Source: a virus
Lineage: Duplodnaviria > Heunggongvirae > Uroviricota > Caudoviricetes
Direction: 5' to 3' (one strand)
DNA length: 11,411 nt
IMG/VR virus record: IMGVR_UViG_2713896907_000009
Location: 1-11,411 of that record
Shown here: in pieces, positions 1 through 5,727 of the stretch
How the letters are laid out: every line of letters begins with the position of its first letter
Numbering within the stretch: position 1 is the first letter of the stretch
Translations under genes and position numbers: made by a program
Notes under the pieces: generated by a model
What the model was told of the DNA's origin: nothing
Seen by the model: only the letters and a program-made list of their open reading frames with translations
Database searches by the model: none

Positions 1-498
1 GATGTGAAAAGCGATACTGCGGATGTATTCAATTGCGTTTTCAATGGCCTCCGGCGTTATCGGCGCTGACATATTTTGATTTTGGTGTGCCAAGAGGCGG
101 CTGGCATCCTCAACACCTTTAACTGCATCTGCGCAGTAGTTATAGCGATTGCATTCCACTAACTTCTGCTTGAGATTTTCAATTGCTTGCGCGACATCAG
201 CCTGTATTACCGGAACAGGTGGAGCGGCGTACAAAGCAATCAAACTGCCAATTGTTCGCTCTTTCGCATCATCCAGACATGGATAGGCTGGGGTAGATAC
301 AATTGCATTATCTCTAAGGTCGTCAGCCATTACCCATGCCACAGGTTCTGCGCCATCAGCTTCTCGCCGCTTCTGTAGCTCTGCTGCCATCGCTCTCACG
401 ACTTCAACTGGTGCCCTTGCAGCAAACTCCATGTTGGTGATCAGCTCATTAAGATATTGCTCGCTGGGATACTGTTTCTTATTGGTAATGGTGGTCAT
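1..498 (-). CDS. Hypothetical phage protein, partial (ATG at 498-496; C-terminus runs past window start); paralog of the 943-1356 product
   Basis: Open minus-strand frame from ATG 498 to position 1 (my own translation begins MTTITNKKQYPSEQYLNEL...). Shares N-terminal MTTIT and the motif LYAAPPVPV with the 943-1356 product (EVYATPPVPV). Stop of upstream gene (TGA 502-500) sits 1 nt from this ATG. Confidence 0.5.
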   Translation of the reverse strand, partial: MTTITNKKQYPSEQYLNELITNMEFAARAPVEVVRAMAAELQKRREADGAEPVAWVMADDLRDNAIVSTPAYPCLDDAKERTIGSLIALYAAPPVPVIQADVAQAIENLKQKLVECNRYNYCADAVKGVEDASRLLAHQNQNMSAPITPEAIENAIEYIRSIAFHI

Positions 499-499
499 A

Positions 500-718
500 T
501 CAGCTTTCCTTGTACGGGTTAATTTTATTGTGCAGCTTCCTAAATGGACTCCATATCACATCGGTATATAACTCAATAACTGGTTCAACCATTTTTCCAA
601 TTACCCAGACCAGGATTAACGGGGATATCGGTATCAGCAACACGATAAACAGAATGAGAAACAAGAGTTCTATAGCTCTGCTTCTTCGCGGATATTCCTT
701 TCTGAACAATGTTGGCAC
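500..718 (-). CDS. Small single-pass membrane protein (72 aa), function unknown
   Basis: ORF-track frame 500-760; I place the start at in-frame GTG 718-716, which is preceded by AAGGAG at ideal spacing and sits 1 nt after the upstream stop (TGA 722-720). Product has a hydrophobic stretch LLFLILFIVLLIPISPLILVWVIG flanked by basic residues. The track's TTG start at 760 would overlap the upstream gene by 41 nt. Confidence 0.5.
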   Translation of the reverse strand: MPTLFRKEYPRRSRAIELLFLILFIVLLIPISPLILVWVIGKMVEPVIELYTDVIWSPFRKLHNKINPYKES

Positions 719-719
719 A

Positions 720-941
720 TCACTCTCCTTTGCTCGCTGCTTTCGCCTGCTCTTTAGCAAGTCGCTCCGCTTCTCTGAAATTCCAATCCACTCGATGTGC
801 TATATCAATTGCAGAACGCACTGTCCGTTCAATTAGCATGTCCAGATTATCAATTGTCATTGCCATATCTGGATTGCGAGATAAAATCTCCGCCCTCTGA
901 ATCTGCCAGTTGTTGCAGGTTTCAAGTAACGAGTTAGCCAT
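720..941 (-). CDS. Hypothetical protein (73 aa)
   Basis: ORF 720-941, ATG at 941 preceded by AAGGAAAG, start 1 nt after the stop of the 943-1356 gene. No motif recognised. Confidence 0.5.
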   Translation of the reverse strand: MANSLLETCNNWQIQRAEILSRNPDMAMTIDNLDMLIERTVRSAIDIAHRVDWNFREAERLAKEQAKAASKGE

Positions 942-942
942 A

Positions 943-1356
943 TCACTTTCCTTTTCCCTGAAGCATTGCGGCGCGGCAGGCGTTCCAGCCTCTCACCTCT
1001 GCAATAGCTGCAACAGCATCAACCGCGTACATGCTAAGAGGGTTAGGCATTGGTTTTTCTTCCGGTACTACTGGAACGGGTGGAGTGGCGTAGACCTCAA
1101 TAATTCCATTATCAATAGGCCATTCCCCATCCTTGATGTAGTCACTTGTGCCATCGACCTGCTGTTCTGCAATGTGGAAAGCACCTATTGGTTTTGCTTC
1201 CAGCGATGCCAGCGTAATTTCGGCCAGCTTGAGGTGAATAACCGCTGCATCAGAAGCGCCCGGGACTCTTTCCACCGCAACGCGAAGAACCTCAATATTC
1301 TTCTTAGCCTGCTCAATCAACTGCTCTTTGGTGAACTCTTTGGTAATAGTGGTCAT
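943..1356 (-). CDS. Hypothetical phage protein (137 aa); paralog of the partial 1-498 product
   Basis: ORF 943-1356 with ATG start; shares MTTIT N-terminus and YA(T/A)PPVPV motif with the 1-498 product. No family recognised. Confidence 0.55.
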   Translation of the reverse strand: MTTITKEFTKEQLIEQAKKNIEVLRVAVERVPGASDAAVIHLKLAEITLASLEAKPIGAFHIAEQQVDGTSDYIKDGEWPIDNGIIEVYATPPVPVVPEEKPMPNPLSMYAVDAVAAIAEVRGWNACRAAMLQGKGK

Positions 1357-1366
1357 TTGTTATGCC

Positions 1367-1564
1367 TCAATACACAAAATCTGTTTTAAATTCATGGTTA
1401 CATTCTGGACAGCATGTTTCGTAATCTTTTATTTCTTCACATGCCTGTTTTGCTCCAGAAAATTCCCAGAAATCAGCATCGCAAAGCAGATCGAAATTGT
1501 GGCCGCATTTGGGGCATTCGGTATCAAGTGACAGACTCCAGTAAGCAGGTGTGTTTTTGTCCAT
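1367..1564 (-). CDS. Small Zn-ribbon protein (65 aa), function unknown
   Basis: Internal ATG of ORF 1367-1645 at 1564-1562, preceded by AAAGGAGAG and 1 nt after the upstream stop. Product MDKNTPAYWSLSLDTECPKCGH...CCPECNHEF has two Cys pairs (CPxC ... CPEC) typical of a zinc ribbon. Confidence 0.5.
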   Translation of the reverse strand: MDKNTPAYWSLSLDTECPKCGHNFDLLCDADFWEFSGAKQACEEIKDYETCCPECNHEFKTDFVY

Positions 1565-1565
1565 C

Positions 1566-1727
1566 TCACTCTCCTTTGATGCGAATGCCAGCGGCGCGTG
1601 GCACATTAACTTCCACGATGCGCACAGTTGGTTTGTACATCTCAATTGCTGTCAGCCAGTCAGCTCCTGTCATGCGCTTTTCCGCATCGCCATTAGTCCA
1701 CTGAACCGGTACACCAATAGCCTTCAT
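1566..1727 (-). CDS. Possible small ORF (53 aa from internal ATG) or out-of-frame 3-prime continuation of the upstream Ea22-like gene; uncertain
   Basis: Frame 1566-1802 is open and ends in the same KGE-stop/SD junction motif seen at other real gene boundaries, which supports it as a coding frame. Its start is unclear: a GTG at 1802 would overlap the 1693-2214 gene by 110 nt; ATG 1727 has a weak SD. Confidence 0.25.
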   Translation of the reverse strand: MKAIGVPVQWTNGDAEKRMTGADWLTAIEMYKPTVRIVEVNVPRAAGIRIKGE

Positions 1728-2214
1728 CGCGATTTCTATTTCCCCCGGCAATGGCGCTTTTTCCGCAACCAGTAAAACCAGAAACAACGACAAGAACTTC
1801 ACCTTTGGCTGGTTTTATTTCCCGTGCTTCCAGTTCTGCAATACGCTTACTCCCATCCGAGATAACACCTTCGTAATACTCGCGTTGCTCGTTGAGTTTT
1901 GATTTTGCTTCCTCAAGCTCAACACGCAGCTTCCCTACCGTTAGCGCAATATCCTCGTTCTCCTGGTCGCGGCGTTTGATGTATTGCTGGTTTCTTTCCA
2001 GCTCATCCAGCAGCGCCCGAACTACATCAGCGGTTTTCTGGCACTGGTCAACAATGCTAACGTCACAACCAGTATCGAAACCGTCCTCAGTTTCAAAGCG
2101 GAGCTCTACAGAGTCGCCGTCGATATCAGATGGTTCGAACCCGGCAATGTTTTCCAGAATGCCGATTATGCTTTCTGCGCTATGACGTAATGCGCGTTTA
2201 TCGATGTTGCTCAT
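1693..2214 (-). CDS. Coiled-coil phage protein, ead/Ea22-like (173 aa)
   Basis: ORF 1693-2214; ATG 2214-2212 overlaps the stop of the 2211-2831 gene (ATGA). Central heptad-rich segment (LLDELERNQQYIKRRDQENEDIALTVGKLRVELEEAKSKLNEQ...RIAELEAR) resembles Ea22-like prophage proteins as I recall them. The C-terminus carries a Walker-A-like string VVVSGFTGCGKS only about 20 aa before the stop. Confidence 0.5.
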   Translation of the reverse strand: MSNIDKRALRHSAESIIGILENIAGFEPSDIDGDSVELRFETEDGFDTGCDVSIVDQCQKTADVVRALLDELERNQQYIKRRDQENEDIALTVGKLRVELEEAKSKLNEQREYYEGVISDGSKRIAELEAREIKPAKGEVLVVVSGFTGCGKSAIAGGNRNRDEGYWCTGSVD

Positions 2215-2831
2215 GACCGCACTCCTTTGCGAAGCTGGGAAGCAAAGTCAACTAACCACTCAGTCATTTCAACCTTCCCTACCAGGTCTGAACCAGGGTG
2301 CATACAGCAATCACTCTGCGCCGCTTTGAAATCCTTATACTCATATTCTTGGGCCACCAGATTTTTTGCAGCTTCTATAGCAGCATCCACGCCCTGCGCT
2401 CGTACTTCAGCCAGGAAAGCATCGGTGGCTGGGGTGTCTGATTGCAGAAACTTTGCGCGATAGTCATTCCACCCTCTTGCATACATGGGATTAACTTGCA
2501 CTCCATCTTTTACGCAATATGCCTGCCCTCCACGGTTGATAACCTTGATTTCGTCCATAGCGCCAGACTTCAGCCCAGCATTCTCCGCTGCCAGCGCCGA
2601 AAACTTCTCGTGTGCCAACTTAACAGCTGCATCAGCCTGCTTAATTGACTCAATCGCTTTCTGCTGGTCTTCGGCCAGCGCATTAGCACGCACCAGTTGC
2701 ACTTCCAGTTGCGTTGCCAAATCGCTGATCAGCTTTGCCACACTGCGCATATCAACGGCACCACATTCTGCTTTCAGTTCCGAAGCCATCTCATGCCCGG
2801 CGGCAACTAACCCTTTGATATTACTTTCCAT
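2211..2831 (-). CDS. Hypothetical phage protein (206 aa), Ala-rich, predicted helical N-terminal half
   Basis: ORF 2211-2831, ATG preceded by GAGGG; translationally coupled to the downstream gene. No family recognised. Confidence 0.55.
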   Translation of the reverse strand: MESNIKGLVAAGHEMASELKAECGAVDMRSVAKLISDLATQLEVQLVRANALAEDQQKAIESIKQADAAVKLAHEKFSALAAENAGLKSGAMDEIKVINRGGQAYCVKDGVQVNPMYARGWNDYRAKFLQSDTPATDAFLAEVRAQGVDAAIEAAKNLVAQEYEYKDFKAAQSDCCMHPGSDLVGKVEMTEWLVDFASQLRKGVRS

Positions 2832-2892
2832 CTTTACCCTCGCTTATCCACATAACTTATTGATTACATTGATAACTAAAAAGATCGTCGAT

Positions 2893-3237
2893 TCAGAACT
2901 CTTCGATGCTCCAGCCACCACCTGCTTTCTTTGGTTTAACCGTTACCCCGATGATTCGGAACGGATACTGATCTGCGGCGACTTTGGTTTTCACCCTGGC
3001 GTCGTCGGTCCAGAAACCTTTCACTTCGTGCAGTTCCATCTCGCCGGTGGCGAGCATCACAGCAAAATCGGGCGTATAGAACGTGTTGTCAGCTAACCGC
3101 AGCTTGATACCCTCAAATCGATACCAGACGATTTCTCCTGCACGTTTACGCAGCTCAAGGTGCTGGCAATACGCAGATTCTGTTTTGTTCATCTGGCCTG
3201 TTTTGAGTCGACCAAGAGCCTGTATCTGTTTTCTCAT
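2893..3237 (-). CDS. DUF1064-like phage protein (114 aa)
   Basis: ORF 2893-3237; pattern ...Y..LELRKRAGEI...YTPDF.V......ELHEVKG......ARVKTKVAADQYPF matches my recollection of the DUF1064 family found beside phage replication genes. SD GAGGT upstream of the ATG lies inside an operator-like palindrome. Confidence 0.6.
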   Translation of the reverse strand: MRKQIQALGRLKTGQMNKTESAYCQHLELRKRAGEIVWYRFEGIKLRLADNTFYTPDFAVMLATGEMELHEVKGFWTDDARVKTKVAADQYPFRIIGVTVKPKKAGGGWSIEEF

Positions 3238-3240
3238 GAT

Positions 3241-3317
3241 TTACCTCTGAGGTAATTAAAAACCACATAAGACATGAAATCAATAGAATTTAGAATATTT
3301 TATTACCCATCAGGTAA
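3241..3317 (-). promoter_or_regulatory. Leftward promoter flanked by two TTACC-N5-GGTAA palindromes (operator-like)
   Basis: Palindromes at 3241-3255 (TTACC TCTGA GGTAA) and 3303-3317 (TTACC CATCA GGTAA). On the minus strand: -35 TTGATT (plus 3283-3278), 17-bp spacer, -10 TTTAAT (plus 3260-3255). One palindrome is 18 nt upstream of the -35; the other abuts the -10 and includes the SD of the 2893-3237 gene. Confidence 0.45.
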
Positions 3318-3354
3318 TTATCGAGGCGTAAAAAAATGCGCTATCGCGCTGGTA

Positions 3355-4140
3355 TTACTTGATAAATCCTGCCGCCTTTCCCCGCCTGTATTCCTCCATC
3401 AGCCACTGCGCTGGTGTTATTCCCCCAAGGGTGGCGGCGTTAGGCATGCACCCGAAACTTCGCCCTGATGGATGGTAAACGTCTCTCCCTGTGTCCGGAG
3501 GTGTACTCATGGGCTCTGGCTTTGCCTGTATGCTGATCACCGGCTCGGGTATCTGCTGTCCGGAAGCCACCTTTTTCGCCCAATCATCGAGCAGCCTGCG
3601 CGCGTGTTTCTCAACCTCAATCTCGCTAAGCTGGCGCTGATACATTGCACGGCGGGTATCACATACGACCCAGTACATAACCGGATGCCGCCACGGGAAT
3701 CTTTCGGGACCACCAGGATATAAACTTTTTTCCTTGCTGTACCGGTGAAACTCCGCCATCACATCGTCAATGGTGACGCCAAGAACCATCTTGCTGTCTT
3801 TACACCACTTGATGAATTGCCCTGGCGACGGCCAGAACGGAGATTCACTGGCGCGGGCGTGGCGCATACCAGCAGAAACCTGTTCACGGGTTCGGATCCC
3901 CCCTTCGGCAAACGCAGCAATCCACTGCTGTTTTGCAGCAACTTCCTGCTCTGGCGTCTTCAGGTTGGTTACCACTGCCGCCGGAAACAGTTGTTTCAAC
4001 TGTTTGAAAAGGGCATCAACAAGCCTCTCTGCTGACATGTTCACCACGTTGTCATTGTTAGTGTACTGATGCTCATAACCTGACATGCGAGAAAGGGCTT
4101 CTCCGTCACGGTTTTGTATCGCGGTAAAAACGTTGTTCAC
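3355..4140 (-). CDS. Replication protein P-like (helicase loader, lambda P family)
   Basis: ORF 3355-4155; segments PFWPSPGQFIKWC, SLYPGGPERFPWRHPVMYWVV and QIPEPV match lambda P as I recall it (PFLPSPGQFVAWC, GLYPDAESYPWKSNAHYWLV, AIPEPV). Start placed at GTG 4140-4138 (GGGAGGA SD 6 nt upstream), overlapping the upstream stop as GTGA. Confidence 0.7.
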   Translation of the reverse strand: MNNVFTAIQNRDGEALSRMSGYEHQYTNNDNVVNMSAERLVDALFKQLKQLFPAAVVTNLKTPEQEVAAKQQWIAAFAEGGIRTREQVSAGMRHARASESPFWPSPGQFIKWCKDSKMVLGVTIDDVMAEFHRYSKEKSLYPGGPERFPWRHPVMYWVVCDTRRAMYQRQLSEIEVEKHARRLLDDWAKKVASGQQIPEPVISIQAKPEPMSTPPDTGRDVYHPSGRSFGCMPNAATLGGITPAQWLMEEYRRGKAAGFIK

Positions 4141-4976
4141 AAGAAATCCTCCCATGCTTCAGGGCTGTTCCAGTGCGGAACGTTGTTATCAGGTAATGTT
4201 GATTGCTTCTGTCTGCTAATCTGCAGCCGCCTTGCCAGCTTCTGCTCCCACTGTGCCTGATGGTATGCCTTACCCTCAGCCATCCAGTAAATTCTGAACT
4301 CTGCAAGTTCCTGTGCCGTTGGCAGACTGTCCAGGTAGATCCCCTGCAATGAGCTTTTCCGAAGAAAGTCATCTGATGGCTGCCATTGTTCATGCATGAC
4401 AAATTTGCCTAATTGCCCTGGCCCACCAGGAGGAACAAAGTTATTCATCACGGCGTTGTTTGCGCCGGGGTCATGAGGCACAGAATCCCCGGCTTTTGTC
4501 CTGCTCTCCCTCTCTTGGTTAAATGACTGGTTATATGACTGGTTCTGGATCCCGTTTTTGGGATCATTCAACATCCCGTTTTTGGGATCATTCAACATCC
4601 CGTTTTTGGGATCATTCAACATCCCGTTTTTGGGTATATTCCCGTTTTCGGGAACATTACCGTTTTCGGGTTCATTGCTCCATTCCCGGTTGCCTTTAAT
4701 GTTCCCGTTTTTGGTTATATTAAGAGAGAAAACCCGCACTCTTTTCGTCGCTCCCTTTCTCTCTCCGGTATCTGAAATAAGCCCCATTTTCATGAGCGAT
4801 ATAAGCCCGGCCTGTACGGTTTTTTTATTCAGGCAAGTGTCTTTAACGAGGCGTTCTATGCTGGGGTAGCAGAGGTTATATTCATCGGCTCTGTCAGCCA
4901 TCGAGAGCAGTATGAGCTTTAATGACGAGCTACCCGGATCTGTCTCCCAGGCCCAATCTGTTGCATGTCTGCTCAT
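4137..4976 (-). CDS. Replication initiator, O-like (N-terminal DNA-binding domain, Asn-rich repeat linker encoded by iterons, C-terminal domain)
   Basis: ORF 4137-4976, ATG 4976 with GGAG SD. Sits immediately upstream of and coupled to the P-like gene. Contains in-frame 8-aa repeats (PKNGMLND x3) encoded by 24-bp direct repeats, as lambda O contains ori. C-terminal region resembles DnaT/O-type replisome-organiser domains (from memory, unverified). Confidence 0.65.
   Translation of the reverse strand: MSRHATDWAWETDPGSSSLKLILLSMADRADEYNLCYPSIERLVKDTCLNKKTVQAGLISLMKMGLISDTGERKGATKRVRVFSLNITKNGNIKGNREWSNEPENGNVPENGNIPKNGMLNDPKNGMLNDPKNGMLNDPKNGIQNQSYNQSFNQERESRTKAGDSVPHDPGANNAVMNNFVPPGGPGQLGKFVMHEQWQPSDDFLRKSSLQGIYLDSLPTAQELAEFRIYWMAEGKAYHQAQWEQKLARRLQISRQKQSTLPDNNVPHWNSPEAWEDFL
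4547..4700. repeat. Iteron array: three perfect 24-bp direct repeats (4561-4632) flanked by degenerate copies; putative phage replication origin inside the O-like gene
   Basis: ggatcattcaacatcccgtttttg repeated exactly at 4561-4584, 4585-4608 and 4609-4632; partial or degenerate copies at 4547-4560 and 4633-4700. Each unit contains the inverted repeat GGGAT/ATCCC. Confidence 0.6.
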
Positions 4977-5026
4977 GATTAATCTCCGCTATCAGCTTGA
5001 ATGTTGTGGGGAGGAATTAATCATGA
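4973..5026. repeat. Inverted repeat (11-bp perfect arms, extendable to about 15 bp) bracketing the O-like start codon and SD
   Basis: tcatgattaat at 4973-4983 and its reverse complement attaatcatga at 5016-5026. The left arm contains the O-like ATG (4976-4974) and is adjacent to its GGAG SD. Confidence 0.5.
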
Positions 5027-5192
5027 TCTGCTTAATCTCTGCCCTGATGCGACGGTTTGATTCCATGGTGCACTCAACACAGTGTCCGTTGTAAACCCAG
5101 CGTTCACTGTCATGTCCGTGCTTACATGGTTTTCCGGTGTAGTAGCGTTTAAGTCCGCGCTTTGCGGCATCAATACGTGTAATGATTTCCAT
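4992..5192 (-). CDS. Small zinc-finger protein (66 aa), function unknown; occupies the position downstream of cro
   Basis: ORF 4992-5255; start assigned to internal ATG 5192 (MEIITRIDAAK...) because the N-terminal extension MIFFLCQHKITVIPILITGLT looks non-coding and runs into the intergenic terminator region. Product has C-x-H-x-H ... C-x2-C spacing (KPCKHGHDSERWVYNGHCVEC). Confidence 0.45.
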   Translation of the reverse strand: MEIITRIDAAKRGLKRYYTGKPCKHGHDSERWVYNGHCVECTMESNRRIRAEIKQIMINSSPQHSS

Positions 5193-5290
5193 GGTAAGCC
5201 CCGTTATTAGTATTGGGATTACGGTTATTTTGTGCTGACACAAAAAAAAGATCAACCAGATTTGGTTTTTTATTACCTTTGAGGTGCGAA

Positions 5291-5321
5291 TAGATATGAA
5301 AAGACCGCCGAGTGGCGGTCT
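5291..5321 (-). terminator. Putative intrinsic terminator downstream of the Cro-like gene (tR1-like position)
   Basis: Perfect 8-bp GC-rich stem agaccgcc / ggcggtct (5302-5309 and 5314-5321) with 4-nt loop; on the minus strand it is followed by TTTTCATATCT. The T-tract is short (4 T), so efficiency is uncertain. Confidence 0.4.
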
Positions 5322-5342
5322 ACAGAGGGTTGTGGCTGGATA

Positions 5343-5573
5343 TCATGAGTAGAAGAAGTATGCCAGTTCTGCTTTTGAGCGCAGCCATTGTCTTGTTTTA
5401 CAGGCTTTAAAAAGCCCATTCATCAATACCTTACCTGGCATTTTGCGCTTACCTGTTAAGTGAGTCTGGATATAGTGACTCGTCGTTCCGGCTTCCTGTG
5501 CGAAGGCTTCACGCTCATCTGGAGTAAGTGCAAGCCAGTGCTTTTTGAAATCGAAATGTCCGTTATCGCTCAT
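5343..5573 (-). CDS. Cro-like small HTH DNA-binding protein (76 aa)
   Basis: ORF 5343-5573, divergent from the repressor gene across an operator-containing region. Segment EAFAQEAGTTSHYIQTHLTGKRKMPGK resembles the HTH of Cro/YdaS-type proteins. SD is weak. Confidence 0.5.
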   Translation of the reverse strand: MSDNGHFDFKKHWLALTPDEREAFAQEAGTTSHYIQTHLTGKRKMPGKVLMNGLFKACKTRQWLRSKAELAYFFYS

Positions 5574-5608
5574 AGCTATTGCCTGATATTTATTTCAGAT
5601 AATAAATA

Positions 5609-5672
5609 TTCACCCATAAGGTAACAAAAATCAAGGATAGTTACCTATGGGGTGCATTTACCTGTTGGGTAA
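5609..5672. promoter_or_regulatory. Divergent promoter/operator region between the Cro-like and repressor genes with three operator-like sites
   Basis: Sites at 5609-5623 (TCACC CATAA GGTAA), 5641-5655 (TTACC TATGG GGTGC) and 5658-5672 (TTACC TGTTG GGTAA, perfect) in an AT-rich 154-bp intergenic region; -35-like TTGATT on the minus strand. I could not place the -10 elements confidently. Confidence 0.5.
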
Positions 5673-5727
5673 TATTGCTTTAAATTGAATCATCTACTGA
5701 TTCATATATGAGGCGATTTTCCAGAAA

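Noticed and set aside
510-1389. Plus-strand ORFs 510-836, 709-900 and 910-1389 from the six-frame track
   Set aside because: They lie antisense to a tightly coupled minus-strand gene series with proper SD sequences and stop/start junctions; no SD or coupling signals of their own. Most likely shadow ORFs.
1730-1770. Walker-A-like string VVVSGFTGCGKS suggesting a P-loop ATPase
   Set aside because: Only about 20 residues follow before the stop, and no Walker B or downstream ATPase sequence is present in any frame; retained only as a hint of possible gene decay.
2227-3096. Plus-strand ORFs 2227-2463, 2442-2648 and 2485-3096 (203 aa, Ser/Ala/Cys-rich)
   Set aside because: Antisense to the 206-aa and DUF1064 genes; low-complexity composition typical of a reverse-strand frame; no credible translation signals.
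3274-3468. Plus-strand ORF of 64 aa starting inside the operator/promoter region
   Set aside because: Begins within the AT-rich operator region and overlaps the 3-prime end of the P-like gene on the opposite strand; no SD; likely spurious.
4558-4869. Plus-strand ORF of 103 aa with repeated SFNIPFLG units; also considered as a CRISPR-like array
   Set aside because: The repetitive peptide is a by-product of the 24-bp iterons read in the antisense frame. The repeats are contiguous with no spacers and sit inside the O-like coding sequence, so they are iterons, not CRISPR.
5193-5255. N-terminal extension (MIFFLCQHKITVIPILITGLT) of ORF 4992-5255
   Set aside because: The extension is hydrophobic and low-complexity and runs into the intergenic hairpin region; the internal ATG 5192 gives a compact Zn-finger protein. 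I favoured the shorter gene, though the longer one cannot be excluded.
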